Both the position numbers and the translations under genes were made by a program. A stretch of 64,000 bases of DNA, taken from the NCBI GenBank assembly GCA_030704615.1, contig CM060732.1:29078001-29142000 (forward strand), in the 5' to 3' direction. This stretch comes from Takakia lepidozioides. Its lineage: Eukaryota > Plantae > Bryophyta. The notes under the pieces were generated by a model. It ran no database searches. It was not told where the DNA came from and worked only from the letters and a program-made list of their open reading frames with translations. Below, piece by piece: positions 35,499 to 48,310 of the stretch (positions are counted from its first letter, which is position 1; each line of letters opens with the position of its first letter).

Positions 35499-38418
35499 GT
35501 GGAGGAGGCACACGAGCCCCAGTTTTTGCTTTACATTAGAGAAGTGAAGGGAGAAGGCGATGGGGAGCCGAGCCCAGATTGGATCAAGGGGATCTTGGAG
35601 AAATACCAGGATGTGATGCCGGAGGATTTACCAAGCGGCTTGCCACCGCGAAGAGGAGTTGACCACAAGATTGAGGTGATACCGGGATCGGAACCGCCTG
35701 CCAAGGCACCCTACCGGTTGAGCCACAGGGAGTTGGTCGAGCTGAAGACTCAACTCAAGGATCTAATGTCAAAGGGGTACATCCGGCCGAGTAAATCACC
35801 TAACGGAGCCCCGGTGCTATTCGCAGACAAGAAGGATGGGACGCTGCGGATGTGTGTCGATTACAGGGCTTTGAATAAGGTGACTATTAAAAACAGGTAC
35901 CCTTTGCCAAGGATCGACGACCTTTTCGACCGGTTGGCAAGAGCGAAGTATTTCAGCCGGATCGACTTGCGCTCCGGCTATCATCAAATTCGGGTGGCGG
36001 AAGGAGATGAGGAGAAGACCGCGTGCAGGACAAGGTATGGTTCATATGAGTTCTTGGTGATGCCTTTTGGGCTCACCAATGCACCTGCGACCTTTAGCAC
36101 GCTGATGAACAACCTTTTTCAGGAGTGGTTGGATGACTTTGTGATCGTGTACATCGACGACATCTTGGTGTACTCGAAAACAAAGGAGGAGCACCTGGAG
36201 CACCTCAAAAGGGTGTTCCAAAAGTTGCGGGAATGGAAGCTGTACGCCAAAGCTTCAAAGTGCAAATTCGGGGTCACGAAAGTGGAGTTCTTGGGGCATG
36301 TGATTACACAGGATGGGATCAAAATGGATGACAGAAAGGTGAGGGCGATCTTGGACTGGGAGCCTCCGACTTCGGTCCCGGGAGTGCGATCCTTCCTAGG
36401 ACTCGCCTCCTATTACCGGAAGTATGTGAGAAATTTCTCCAAAATCGCGGGGCCGCTGTCGGACCTTCTGTGTAAATCCAAAGTCTGGGTATGGAACACA
36501 TTTTGTGGCCAAGCTTTTGCTGAATTGAAGCAGCGGATGGCGGAAGCTCCAGTCTTGAAAATCCCGGAGTTCGATCGTCCATTTGAGATTCATACAGATA
36601 CGTCGGACGTTGCGATTGGGGGTGTACTGATGCAAGATGGACGTCCAGTGGCTTACGAAAGTAAGAAACTGAATGAAGTGGAGCGACGGTGGCCGACGCA
36701 CGAGAAAGAGATGAAGGCGGTGGTGCACTGTCTTGAGCTTTGGCGCCACTATGTTGGTTCCAACCCAGTGAAGGTGTTCACGGACAATGTCACGGTGAAG
36801 TATTTTGCCACGCAGCCCAAGTTGTCCCCAAAACAACTTAGGTGGCAAGATACTTTGGCGGTGTTCGACGTGGATATCCAGTACAAACCGGGGCGAGACA
36901 ACGGGGTGGCCGATGCTTTAAGTAGAAAGCAGCAGCTCTTGTTGGTGTACAAGGGCGAGACGACGCTCCAAAGGAAGATCCGGAAGGCTTGCCGGAAGGA
37001 TGAGCTGGCGAAGTCCGTGATGCAGGACTTGAGGATGGGGGTTAAATCGTAGTTCCACTTGCAAAATGGACTGCTCCGGTATAAGCAAAAGCGTCTCTAC
37101 GTGCCGAAAGGGAGGGATCAGAGATAGCCTCTTGAGAGAATGCCATGATAGCCCGCTTGCGGGCCACAGCGGAGCCAAGCGCACTGCGGCACTCTTGAAG
37201 AAAGAGTATTTCTGGCCCAAACTGAGGGATGAGGCAGAGGAGTATGTCAAGACATGCACCACATGCCAACAAAACCGGAGCGAGTACAAAAAGCAAGCGG
37301 GGCTGTTACAACCCTTGCCGATTCCAGAGGGGACTTGGGAAAGCGTCTCGATGGATTTCATGACTGCTATGCCGCTGTCAAAAGGATTCGATGCAATCAT
37401 GGTGGTGGTGGATAGGTTCAGTAAAATGGGCCATTTCATCCCCACCAAAGAGATGGCAACGGCGCAGGAGACAGGACGACTTTACTTCGCCCACGTCTTA
37501 AAGCATCATGGAGTCCCGAAGGATATTGTCTCGGACCGCGATCCAAAGTTTACGAGTATATTTTGGAGGGCACTTTGGAAGAAGATGGGGACGAGACTGA
37601 AGATGAGCACCGCCTTCCGACCTACGACCGACGGCCAAACAGAAAGAGTGAATTCCGTAGTGAAGCAGATCTTGCGGAATTACGTGTCGGCAGACCAAAC
37701 AGACTGGGTGGAACACTTAGACGCGGCAGAGTTCTGTTATAATAACACAGAACACTCCGCAACGGGAGTTTCCCCTTTCGTATTGGTCTATGGAAAAGCA
37801 CCTCTGGTGCCGACAAGTTGGGCCGCCCAGGACGTTGAGGAACCGACAGTAGCGGTGGTACTGGATGAATGCGAGCGTTTGTTGAAGCTCGCAAAGTACA
37901 ACATTGCCAAAGCTAGGAAACGGTACGAAAGGCAGGCGAATTGGAAGCGGAGGGAAGTGAAGTTTGAGGCAGGCACAGAGGTCTGGTTGAACATCAAGAA
38001 TTTCCGACTACCTCCGGAAGTGAGTCCGAAGTTCGTACCTCCGTATGCGGGACCCTTTCGCATTCGGAAGGTTATGAATGAGGATGTGTATGAATTGGAG
38101 CTGCCGGCAAACAGCAAGGTGCACCCAGTATTCCATGTCTCCCTTTTGAAGCCTTACTTCAAAGATGAAGTGCGTCCGAATCGGCATCAAGTGTTGCGTC
38201 CGCCACCTATGTTGTTGGATCATGAAAATGAACCTGAGTACGAGGTGGAGGCAATACTTAAGTCGAGGAGGTTCAAGAACCGAGAAACGGAGTATCTCGT
38301 CAAATGGAAGGGCTATCATCATGTGGAGGCATCTTGGGTGCGTGCCTCAGAAATGGGAAACGCATCCGAGGTGGTTGCAGCTTTCGAAGGGCGACCTCAA
38401 AAGCGGAAGAAGCGTTGA
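35499..38418 (+). pseudogene. Element 2 RT, RNase H, integrase and chromodomain
   Basis: YIDDIL, ECHDS..AGH..CTTC, SMDF, SDRD, DGQTERVN, GPF and YEVEAIL...YLVKWKGY. Frameshifts near 37050-37110. Confidence 0.96.
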
Positions 38419-39321
38419 TGGGGACATCAACCTTGGAGCGTGGGGGAGAAAATGCATGCTTAGCCCGGCTTAGCTAGCTTAGGAATCCGATTGCAAAAAC
38501 TTGTATTGTACAAAACGTGCTATAAATGAAATGGATTCCAAATGTTGTGCGTCCTATTTTGTTTGGAATGGTGATGCATGGTATGGTTGGCTAGTGTGTA
38601 GAATGCATGCTAGCTTATAAAAGTGGGAGAGGTAAATTGGGTTAATCGTGTGTTTGCGTAGTGCCGAAATCGGGTGACCCCCATCCAAGGGCAAGGAAAC
38701 TTGCGCCTTCTTTGGGAGTTCACGTGCTAGTGCGCACCTGGCACGTGCGCGTACTATAACTGCGCTACTGAGGGGGTTGCCTTGTAGTGCGGGCTAACGC
38801 GGAAGCTACGTGCTTCCGTTCACGTACTATAATCGTGTAGCCTCGGGACAAAGTCGTAGTGCGGCTTCGGCGTGTTCCCGTACCTCAGGCCAACATTCCA
38901 AGGCGGACCCAATTGTAGTGATTGGGGCGCACGGTTGGTTCAAGGTTATCTTCCTAGTGAAAGAGGGTTCCAGGAAACCCTTGCTCAAGGTGATGCCAAA
39001 AGCGGCATCATGAGCGGTCGCAAGCAATGTTGTTGCAGTAAGGCGATTCGATCCTCGGGGAGGATCGTTCCTTGGCCTTGAAGTAGGCCAAGAAGAGTGC
39101 ACTGGGAGGAGCTTGAGAGGCTCCACCCTTGGCCGGGACTTGGAGGAAGTCGGCCGAACTAGCTAGTGGAGAGTAGAGTCAAGTGTGGGGTTTGGTTCTT
39201 TGCCATGGGACGCCATGGTACGGAAACAAACTCCTTGATGTGGGACGCCACAACTTGGATGTTCGTTTCTACAAAATGGACAAGTCGATGAGGACATCGA
39301 CTCCCTGTTGGTAGGGGTGTG

Positions 39322-39873
39322 TGTCGCGGCCCTTTGCCTTGAGGGCAGGGGGGTCGGGACACAAGAGGGGCTGCCCCTGTGGTGGGGGCAGTAGCAGCGA
39401 TAGGTACGGGGGCTGAAGCACCCTTGAGTGCCCAAGGCACTCAAGGAGGCGGAGGCGCTCACTAGGTGGAGCCCCGCACACCGGGTTGCGGTGGGGGTGG
39501 CTCCACAAGGGTGGTGGTAGCTTAGCGGGACTTAGTGGGGGTGGCATAGGACTCACCATGGGGTGGAGACCTCGAGGTGGGAGTCGTGGGGAGTCTTGGG
39601 ACTCATCACGGTCCATTGGGGCCGCGGTGAGTGGGCCAAGACTCACCGCGACTCACCACCGGGAATCGAGGGTCTTCGTGGTGGTTCGGCATAAAATGGC
39701 ATGGCTGGTTGTGAAATCCCCGCGGACAGCTACAGAAGTATATATAGGGAGTAGTAACCCCGAGAACGGTGCAAGCTCGTTGGTGACCAAAAACTAGTGA
39801 GTAAGCGAGCGAGCCGGAAAGCGACCAAAGAGTGGGGAGCTGTTCCGGACTGCCAACTACCAAAGGGAATTCC
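39322..39873 (+). repeat. Element 2 3' LTR, lacking the last 172 bp
   Basis: The match to the 5' LTR stops abruptly after GGGAATTCC. Confidence 0.93.
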
Positions 39874-40103
39874 GGGGGCTGCTATTTCATGAGCGGCATG
39901 AGCATGAGCGGGAAAAAAAAAAAGCATGAGCAGACCATTGTGAGTCCACGGAAATAGGGTTAGGAGGCACGGAAATAGGGTCATGTGAAGTTGGAATGTG
40001 GCACCAGTGGACTTGAAATGCAACATTTTATTGCAAATTTTGTGGCAAGCAACGTCTATACAAGTGTGTTCTAACTGTCATAGCCGGAATGGGCACTACT
40101 CTC

Positions 40104-41606
40104 CTACACCCTCCGAGGAACTTGCCCCACCTTCTTCCTCATCCCCTCATCCCCCTCATCCTCCGAGCTCTGTGATGCATCAGTTCCACTATGCCTCTCA
40201 AAAATCCCGTCCTCTCCTTGGGGGACTGTCCACCTCACCTCCTGGGAATCTTCTGCGTCTTCTCCCCCACTTTCCTCAGCAGAATCCAACACAAATCTAC
40301 GAGCCCGACGGGCTTTAATAGCTGCTGCCTCCTCCCTCATCTTCATTTTCTTGAGGCTTGCCTCGTCTAAAATCTGCTGTACACGACTACGTTCGGAACA
40401 CCTCCTAACGGACACCGAAGCAAGCCGGGCAGCATAAGTAGGAAGGATGTACTCCCTTTCTGCACTAGGCATGAAATCCCCCCTGGCAAAAAAAGGCACG
40501 TTCCTCCTGCCATGAACTCCGGTGTAGACGTCCCTCCGGCAGTACTTGGCATCCTACAGTAAGAACAAATCCACTTGAAGAATGTCAATACCAGCACAAC
40601 CAGAAAGGGTTTTCAATGAAATAAGAGAGCGGAGGGAGGTGCCTCACAAAATTTGGAGGCAACTTACAATGCCACCACTCACTCGTAAACCGGGGGCTCC
40701 TCGGCCTCGATCCCAACTTCCTCCCCCTGCTCCTTCTCGGATTTTTCCTCATCCTCCGAGGATGCCTCTTCCTCTTTCGGCAGACGTTCAGCCGCTGCAA
40801 GTTCCGAGTTGTGGAGGGCAGTATCTGGCTCGAAGGCGAACACATGCCTGTCGGACAACGTCCCTGCCCACATTGAAGCACCTGAGGAACAAAGCGGGCG
40901 GTTAATAGCTTGCGGCATGCAATTGCAATGGGGCCAGGGGACAAACTGAGCACGTGAAGGCTTACCCGTGCCGCATGTGAGGTCTAGAATCCGCCCTTGG
41001 ACATCCGAGCACGTCTCCATGAGGGTTTGGATGAAAGCAGGGCTCCGGGTCCGGCTGTACCGCCACGGTTTGCCTGTCTTTGTGTCCTTCGGCATACTAG
41101 AGTTGGGCACATAGTTGTAGAGGACATCGTAGGTTACAGGGTCCACATCGGCATCAACAAGACGACCGTCGTTGCGGAATATGAACGTAGACCCTCTCTT
41201 CACAAAGCAATATGCCTCAAACACCAATGTCTGCACATCCAACAAAGAAGGGATCAATTCCAGGGTCTACTTAACATACACCACAATATGAAGTGAATGC
41301 AATAGATTGATAACTTACACTTTGGCCCTCTGTTCGCAACCCCTGCGTACTGATGCAGAACCATTTTCTGAGGAGGACCGGGGTGACACTTTTCGGTGTC
41401 CACCTTGCCACCGCATTCTCTGTGGTCTTCCCTCTCGTGGCAAGGACAACCACACATCCACCGTCATCCAGAAGCATCCCCGCCAGCCCAAACCCGGCTT
41501 TCCAGTAGTCCTCAGTAAACCTGTTCCAGGTGGGCACACCATCCAGGCCCTCCAGCAGCTCCCCATCTGGAATGTCAAGGAGAATCATGTCGCAAGCTCT
41601 CTCCAC
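40104..41606 (-). CDS. Spliced beta-class amino-methyltransferase-like domain (copy 2) plus a final exon
   Basis: DMILLDIPDG (41562-41591) sits at the DPPY position. Then GKPWRYSRTRSPAFIQTLMETCSDVQGRILDLTCGTG, GT-AG intron 40882-40965, ASMWAGTLSDRHVFAFEPD. Confidence 0.65.
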
Positions 41607-42469
41607 CTCAACCCCCCCCCCGAGTGCTCTTGCAATTCGTGCTCACAGCCGTGAAGAATTCCATCATGGCTTCAAAACCAGGGGTGTCTTTAGGCTCTGT
41701 ACCGGCAGCCCTCTTCTTGGCTTTCCCCTTCTGCTCCGCCAGAGACTTGTTGTGTGCCACCTTCTTCGCCCTGGCAGCGAGAGCGTCAAGGAAGCTCTCA
41801 TTGACGCATTGGATGATGGTTGGAGGTTCTAGCTTTGGCATGTGCGTAAACGTCACCGCCGAATACCGCCGTGTAGGCTCGCCCTCAAAAGCCAACTTCT
41901 TGGCAGAGTCAGTCCCACTCCGAATTGACTTGGGAACCCGGACGACCGGTGACTGGGTAGGAGCAACAGCAGTCGCAGGACCTTGAACAAAATCGGCGTC
42001 GGAGTCACTCTCTTGGGTCCCCTCCTGCGCCTCCTCCGATGCCCCGATGGTTTTCTTCTTTTTGGGTGTTACTGCAGTCACCTGTTTCCTTGTCCTTTTC
42101 CTTTGACTTTACTCTTCTCATGCAATTTCTCCTGAATTCCTGCCTGAGCAAGCTCTGCCGCTTTCCTGGAGTTCGCAAGCGCTTTTGCCTCTTTTGCACC
42201 CAACGGAGGCCGCGGAGCCCGGTTTCGTCGGAATTCAGCATCCAGCTTCAATTGAAACTCGGATGGGTCGAGCGAGCCGGGCGGAAGGTCCACATACCAA
42301 GGGCAATCACGCAAATGTTCCAGATGCCACTCCTTCACAATATCGTCAGTGTACATGGAGTCAGCCCCAGGGTTCCTCCATGCCAGGAAGAATGGTGGCT
42401 CGAAAGACAGATGACCTTTCTCCAAAAGCGAGAACTTACAATACCTGCATTCATGAAAAACACAATGAG

Positions 42470-43075
42470 GTCTGAAAATGGCTAAGTCCCTGAACGGCAT
42501 AGGGCCTACAACTGGAATATGGCGCCGAATTTCCACTTCAGGGCCACCCAGTCTAGAGACTTAGCTCGAAAATGGCCAAGTCCCTGAACGGCAATACGGC
42601 CTGGAACTGGAAAATGGCGCCGAATTTCCAGTTCAGAGGCAGCCAGTCTAGGGACTTAGCCCGAAAATGGCTAAGTCCCTGGACGGCAATAGGGCCTAGA
42701 ACTGGAAAACGGCGCCGAATTTCCAGTTCCGGGCCAGCCACCCTAGGGACTTAGCCCGAAATGGCTAAGTCCCTGGACGGCAATAGGGCCTAGAACTGGA
42801 AAACGGCGCCGAATTTCCAGTTCCGGGCCAGCCACCCTAGGGACTTAGCCCGAAAATGCTAAGTCCCTGAACGGCAATAGGGCCTAAAACTGGAATATGG
42901 CGCCGAATTTCCACTTCAGGGCCAGCCAGTCTAGGGACTTAGGCCGAAAATGGCTAAGTCCCTGAACGGCAATAGGGCCTGGAACTGGAAAATGGCGCCG
43001 AATTTCCAGTTCCGGGCCAGCCAGTCTAGGGACTTAGCCATTTTCGGAGCCCGACTGGAAATTCGGCGCCATTTT
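42470..43075. repeat. 94 bp tandem repeat, about 6.5 copies, two palindromes per unit
   Basis: GGGACTTAGC-N9-GCTAAGTCCC and CTGGAAAA(C/T)GGCGCCGAATTTCCAG, with period 94-95. Confidence 0.93.
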
Positions 43076-43096
43076 CCCTAACACCACTTGAGGCCT

Positions 43097-45225
43097 CTAA
43101 CATCCTGAAATGCCAGGACTTGAAAGAAAGGCAGCGCGTATGTACCTATACAGAAGGCGCATTGATGCTTTGTCCGCGTTCGGCTGGTCGGTGAACTCGT
43201 GGCTCCGGCGAGCATCTGCTATCTCCCGAAAGAATAGGTTGGTTTTGTAGAGCAGAAAGTACCTCGTCACATAGTCACGTAGGCTCTCTGCTGCAGGAGA
43301 TATCTCCATCTTGAACTGATGTGCTTGTGTGTCCAGCTGCTCTTGCGCATTCGTCGTCACCTGTGGAGATTGTCCATCAGATCGCTTCCTCAAAAATACA
43401 ATGAATCCACCCCTACTAGAGTAGAAGCCCAAACGAAGCGTGGGGAAGTACTGAAAAACACCATGTCATGCGGTTCATCCACATGTCGAATGTGGGGTCA
43501 GAGAGTTTGTCCGGTTTGGGGAAGCTCCAAATGTCCCTGGTACTTTGGGAACCATTCTAGATTTGGAGCCACCGGGTCTGTCCAACCACCCAGCATATTC
43601 GTAAGCGCCAAACACCACAAAAAGGAGTTGTTGCCACCACAATTTGGTAAGAATGTATCACCTTTTCTGTTGCATCCACAAAGGATGTGGCTAGACAATG
43701 GAGCTTTCCAATGTCATCGTGGGCTTCAGAGCGCGAGAGTAGTGCTTCCCCACCTCCACCAGAAAGTCGGCACCAAGGGCGGGATCAGCTATGGCCACGT
43801 ACTTTACCATCCGCGACTTGTACTTTATGCGGGCCCTCACCTCCGCAGCTTTGACATACGATTCGAGTTCCGGGAGGGTTGGATTCTTCTCCTCTGACTC
43901 CATGTAGAACCTCCGCGCATGTGCCAAATCCTGCTGTATTTTCGTCTGTCGAAAAGGCGCACATAAGATTAGAGATCCTGCTCAACACAATTTCTTCTAT
44001 TGGGGGAGAGAGACAGACTAGCTCAACAAAACTGTCAGGAGCTTTACCCGAAATATGTGGTCCACCATGGCGTCGACGCTCAGCCTTATACCAGGTTCTG
44101 TCTGCCTTTGCCTCCGACTTGCGCAGGAGGTCGGCACTGAGGGAATTGGCAAACTCTTGCACCCCCTGCTTCCCGACATCCTTCACTCGGAAGAGCATAT
44201 GGACAAGTTGGTGGCAATGAAGGCATTCTCAGTCACCCTGCAGTGCCACATTTCCATCAAACAATACTGAAATGGGAATTTTCATCATATATGAGGATTC
44301 GCAATGAAATGACTTCCAAATTCAAAGTCCAAAGCGAGAGGGGTTGTAGCTTACGAGTTGATGTCGCCATTGCAGCTTGAGAAGACTGCGATCTTTGGGC
44401 CCCGCAACCTTCAGCACAACACAATCGACGGCGAAATGCCAATCGAGATCGTTGGGGTGGGCTTGGCAATGTGCTCCATCCATGCCAGGAGGTGATTGCT
44501 GTCCCACACGTAGAACATCTTGCCGACATGTGCTGGAAAAGAGGATCACTAGCAATCGATCTCTCGAACTCCTCATTTCACGTTTGCCAATGGGGACCCC
44601 ATTTGTCCACCTCATCGGAAGTGTGGGCACGGGAAGCTCCGTGGTCGTTCTCAATGGAAACGTAAAAGGCGGCAGACCCCATTCGATATCCATCCCGAAA
44701 GAGAATTTCAGCTTGTCGATATCGCCTGGGAGGGCAGGTCTCACCACCTGCAATGACACCAAGCGGCAAAGGGAATTCGAAGCTGGCGGGTACACCATGC
44801 CCCCCAGCACCCTGCCAATGTTGCTGTGGGTTGCCTCCAACATCTTGGCAGCGGCCAACTTCATATCCGCCTCAGACATGACGTCTGCTGCAGAGGGGTT
44901 TTCCGGCAGCCCACCAGGACCGCCAAATCCAGCCTGTATGCTCCGGGTTTGGGGCCTGGGGATGTCCGGGGGATGTCATCCTGGTCAGAAACCTCCATGT
45001 CGTCCTCCTCAACAGGTCAGCCACCTGCGAAACCACCTCCAGCACTCTCGTCGTCTCTACTGCCCTCTCCCTGGCTTCACCTCGAACTTGCACAATCCGT
45101 GCTCTTTCAGGTGTTCTTTCCTCTCCTCCACTCTCCACCGTATGGGTAATTGCGGGGGCTGCTCTTGCCCGCGATGGTCTAACCGGTGTGCTACTGCCTC
45201 TCTGTGGTGTCTTGTAGGGATCCAC
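43097..45225 (-). pseudogene. ParB/Srx-like N-terminal domain and linker, frameshifted, upstream of MTase copy 2
   Basis: Joining frames gives VRPALPGDIDKL..F.DGYRMGSAAFYVS...KMFYVWDSNH-LLAWMEHI..HPNDLDWHFAVDCVVL. WDSNH resembles the ParB DGxHR motif. Confidence 0.5.
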
Positions 45226-46544
45226 CGTCTCTGTGGTCCCTCGCTTACATTGGCATCTGTCATTTGGGCACCCCTGGCCTCTTCAGCTGCCTTTGTCTTT
45301 CCTCCTGGCTAGCATTCGTCTCGTCTGTTCTTTTGCCCTCTCTTTTGCCCTCTCACGGGCTTTCTGTTTCTTACTAGGGCTAGCAGCAGGGGAGCCCTCC
45401 AGGACGACCACCTTTGATTGAGGCGAACTGACACCCTCGCGCGCACTGCTCACTCCCCCCTCCGCAGCCCGTGACTGCTCTCTCGCCGGGGATTGCATGT
45501 GCTTAGCTTTCTTCTTTTTCTTTGCGGGGCGGGCCCTACTGCATGTGCATGAACAACCTCCATTGCCGGATCTGCTGTCCTCATGTCCTCACGCCCTTCA
45601 CCTGCCATGCCACCTGCAATCAACCTCCCCAATGCCTACCCTGTCGTAATCTCGTTGCAAGTCCTCCCGTCCACCAACAAAAGGTTTAAGTTTGCCCTCT
45701 CGCCCCAAGTTGGCGATTCAAACATGCGATGAGTTGGAGCTGTCGATGATACCACCAGCGTGCCGGGCTCGTCGTCACTCTGTCATTGACAAAATCGTGA
45801 AAACCAACATCGGTGCAAAAAGCAGCATCGCAACGAGCAGCGCAACCACCATAGCAACAATCATGTAGCAAAAATGAAAAACATAACAAGTTTAGGAAGT
45901 ATGGAGAGCCATGCAACAACAATGAAAACAAATGCAACCATTGCCTAAGAATGACATGCACAAGCAGCCTTCTCCAGAGCTGCCGGATTTGCACACGCAT
46001 TGCAAAAATCTAAGGTTCACTCAACTATCTAAAGTCACTCATACAGCAAGCCAGGATGAAGATGCAAAACAAAGCGAGGTAACAAAGCGAAAGCAAAAAA
46101 TAAATCGAACAAACCGAAAGCAGAAGTGACTTGCCTGAGAGTACTCGGCTTCAGTTGGCGGAGGTTGTGAGCAGACACTGGAATCTCCTGCTGGAGCTTC
46201 AGTTTGGCCATGCGAGAGATTGGCCGTCGTCCGTAGACTTTCAAGAGCTTTCAACTTCCGCCGCGGTCTGGATGTGAGGTCTCTCTCAGGAGAGCCACGC
46301 CCTTCAGGCGGCATAAGTCCCAGCCAAAAAGATCTCCTTTTTTGGGGTACATGCCTGGAATACCATGTTAAGCCAAGTTTAGCATGAGATTTAGGGTACG
46401 TGTCCAGGAAGCCATGCGTCGCCAGCCCGATAATAACCGACGGCCGTCGACATTTATTGCCCAACTGCGCAATTAAATGTCGGATGAAGCCCTCCATGTC
46501 GGATGAAAATCGACGTAAACAGTCCCGGAATTTCCAACGTAGAG

Positions 46545-47795
46545 GTAATTCGGAGCGCTGCACGATGGAATTCCGGCGCCGGATTTCCATCCTGCAGGTA
46601 ATTCGGAGCGCAGCAGGATGGATATCCGGCGCCGAATTTCCATCCGCGGAGGAAGGCCGGCGCTGGAAATTTCCCTCACGCAGGTAATTCGGAAGCGCGC
46701 GGATGGAATCCGCCGCCGAATTTCCATCCGCGGAGGTAGGGCGGCGGTGGAAATTTCCCTCATGCAGGTAATTCTAGCGCGCGGATGGAAATCCGGCGCC
46801 CAAATTTCCATCTGCGGAGTTAGGGCGGCGCCGGAAATTTCCCTCACGCAGGTATTCGGAAGCGCGCGGACGGAAATCCGGCGCCGAATTTCCATCCGCG
46901 GAGGTAGGCGGCGGTGGAAATTTCCCTCACGCAGGTAATCGGAAGCGCGCGGACGGAAATCCGGCGCCGAATTTCCATCCGCGGAGGTAGGGCGGCGCCG
47001 GAAATTTCCCTCACGCAGGTAATTCGGAAGCGCGCGGATGGAAATCGGCGCCGAATTTCCATCCGCGGAGTTAGGGCGGCCCGGAAATTCCCCCACGCAG
47101 GTAATTGGAAGCGCGCGGATGGAAATCCGGCGCCGAATTTTCCATCCGCGGAGTTAGGGCGGCGCCGGAAATTTCCATCACGCAGTAATTCGGAAGCGCG
47201 CGGATGGAAATCCGGGCCGAATTTCCATCCGCGGAGTTAGGGCGGCGCCGGAAATTTCCCTCACGCAGGTAATTCGGAAGCGCGCGGATGGGAAATCCGG
47301 CGCCGAATTTCCATCCGCGGAGGTAGGGCAGCGCCGGAAATTTCCCTCACGCAGGTAAATTCGGAAGCGCGCGGATGGAAATCCGGCGCCGATTTCCATC
47401 CGCGGAGGTAGGGCGGCGGTGGAAATTTCTCTCAGGCAGGTAATTCGGAAGCGGCGGATGGGAATCCGGCGCCGAATTTCCATCCGCGGAGTTAGGGCGG
47501 CGCCGGAATTTCCCTCCGCAGGAATCGGAAGCGCGCGGACGGAAATCTGGCCGCCGAATTTCCATCCGCGGAGGGAGGGCGGTGGTGGAATTTCCTCAGA
47601 AGGTAATTCGGAAGCGCGCGGATGGAATTCCGGCGCCGAATTTCCATTCGCGGAGTTAGGGCGGCGCCGGAAATTTCCCTCACGCAGGTAAATTCGGAAG
47701 CGCGCGGATGAAAATCCGGCGCCGAATTTCCATCCGCGCAGGTAGGGCAGTGCGCCAAATCCATCAAGCAGGTAATTCGGCGCCGAAGTTCCTCC
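46545..47795. repeat. GC/CpG-rich 84 bp tandem repeat, about 15 copies, running into the gap
   Basis: The unit contains GGATGGAAATCCGGCGCCGAATTTCCATCC. GCAGGTA recurs about every 84 bp. Confidence 0.95.
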
Positions 47796-47810
47796 TGCAG
47801 TATTCGAATC

Positions 47811-48310
47811 NNNNNNNNNNNNNNNNNNNNNNNNNNNNNNNNNNNNNNNNNNNNNNNNNNNNNNNNNNNNNNNNNNNNNNNNNNNNNNNNNNNNNNNNNN
47901 NNNNNNNNNNNNNNNNNNNNNNNNNNNNNNNNNNNNNNNNNNNNNNNNNNNNNNNNNNNNNNNNNNNNNNNNNNNNNNNNNNNNNNNNNNNNNNNNNNNN
48001 NNNNNNNNNNNNNNNNNNNNNNNNNNNNNNNNNNNNNNNNNNNNNNNNNNNNNNNNNNNNNNNNNNNNNNNNNNNNNNNNNNNNNNNNNNNNNNNNNNNN
48101 NNNNNNNNNNNNNNNNNNNNNNNNNNNNNNNNNNNNNNNNNNNNNNNNNNNNNNNNNNNNNNNNNNNNNNNNNNNNNNNNNNNNNNNNNNNNNNNNNNNN
48201 NNNNNNNNNNNNNNNNNNNNNNNNNNNNNNNNNNNNNNNNNNNNNNNNNNNNNNNNNNNNNNNNNNNNNNNNNNNNNNNNNNNNNNNNNNNNNNNNNNNN
48301 NNNNNNNNNN
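47811..48310. other. Assembly gap (500 N)
   Basis: Run of N. Adjacency across the gap is unproven. Confidence 1.

Larger units (their letters stand above)
33074..39873 (+). mobile_element. Ty3/gypsy chromovirus (element 2), 3' LTR truncated
   Basis: LTR TGTCGCG...CGCGACA, tRNA-iMet PBS, gag-PR-RT-RH-IN-chromodomain. Confidence 0.96.
39874..47810 (-). mobile_element. Putative large element interrupting the element 2 LTR; far end not visible
   Basis: Sharp junction into GGGGGCTGCTATTTCATGAGC. It carries the ParB/MTase-like gene and two arrays, and runs into the gap. A deletion could give the same junction. Confidence 0.5.

Noticed and set aside
44377-45312. 311 aa plus-strand ORF
   Set aside because: Likely the antisense shadow of the minus-strand ParB-like region, with no motifs of its own.
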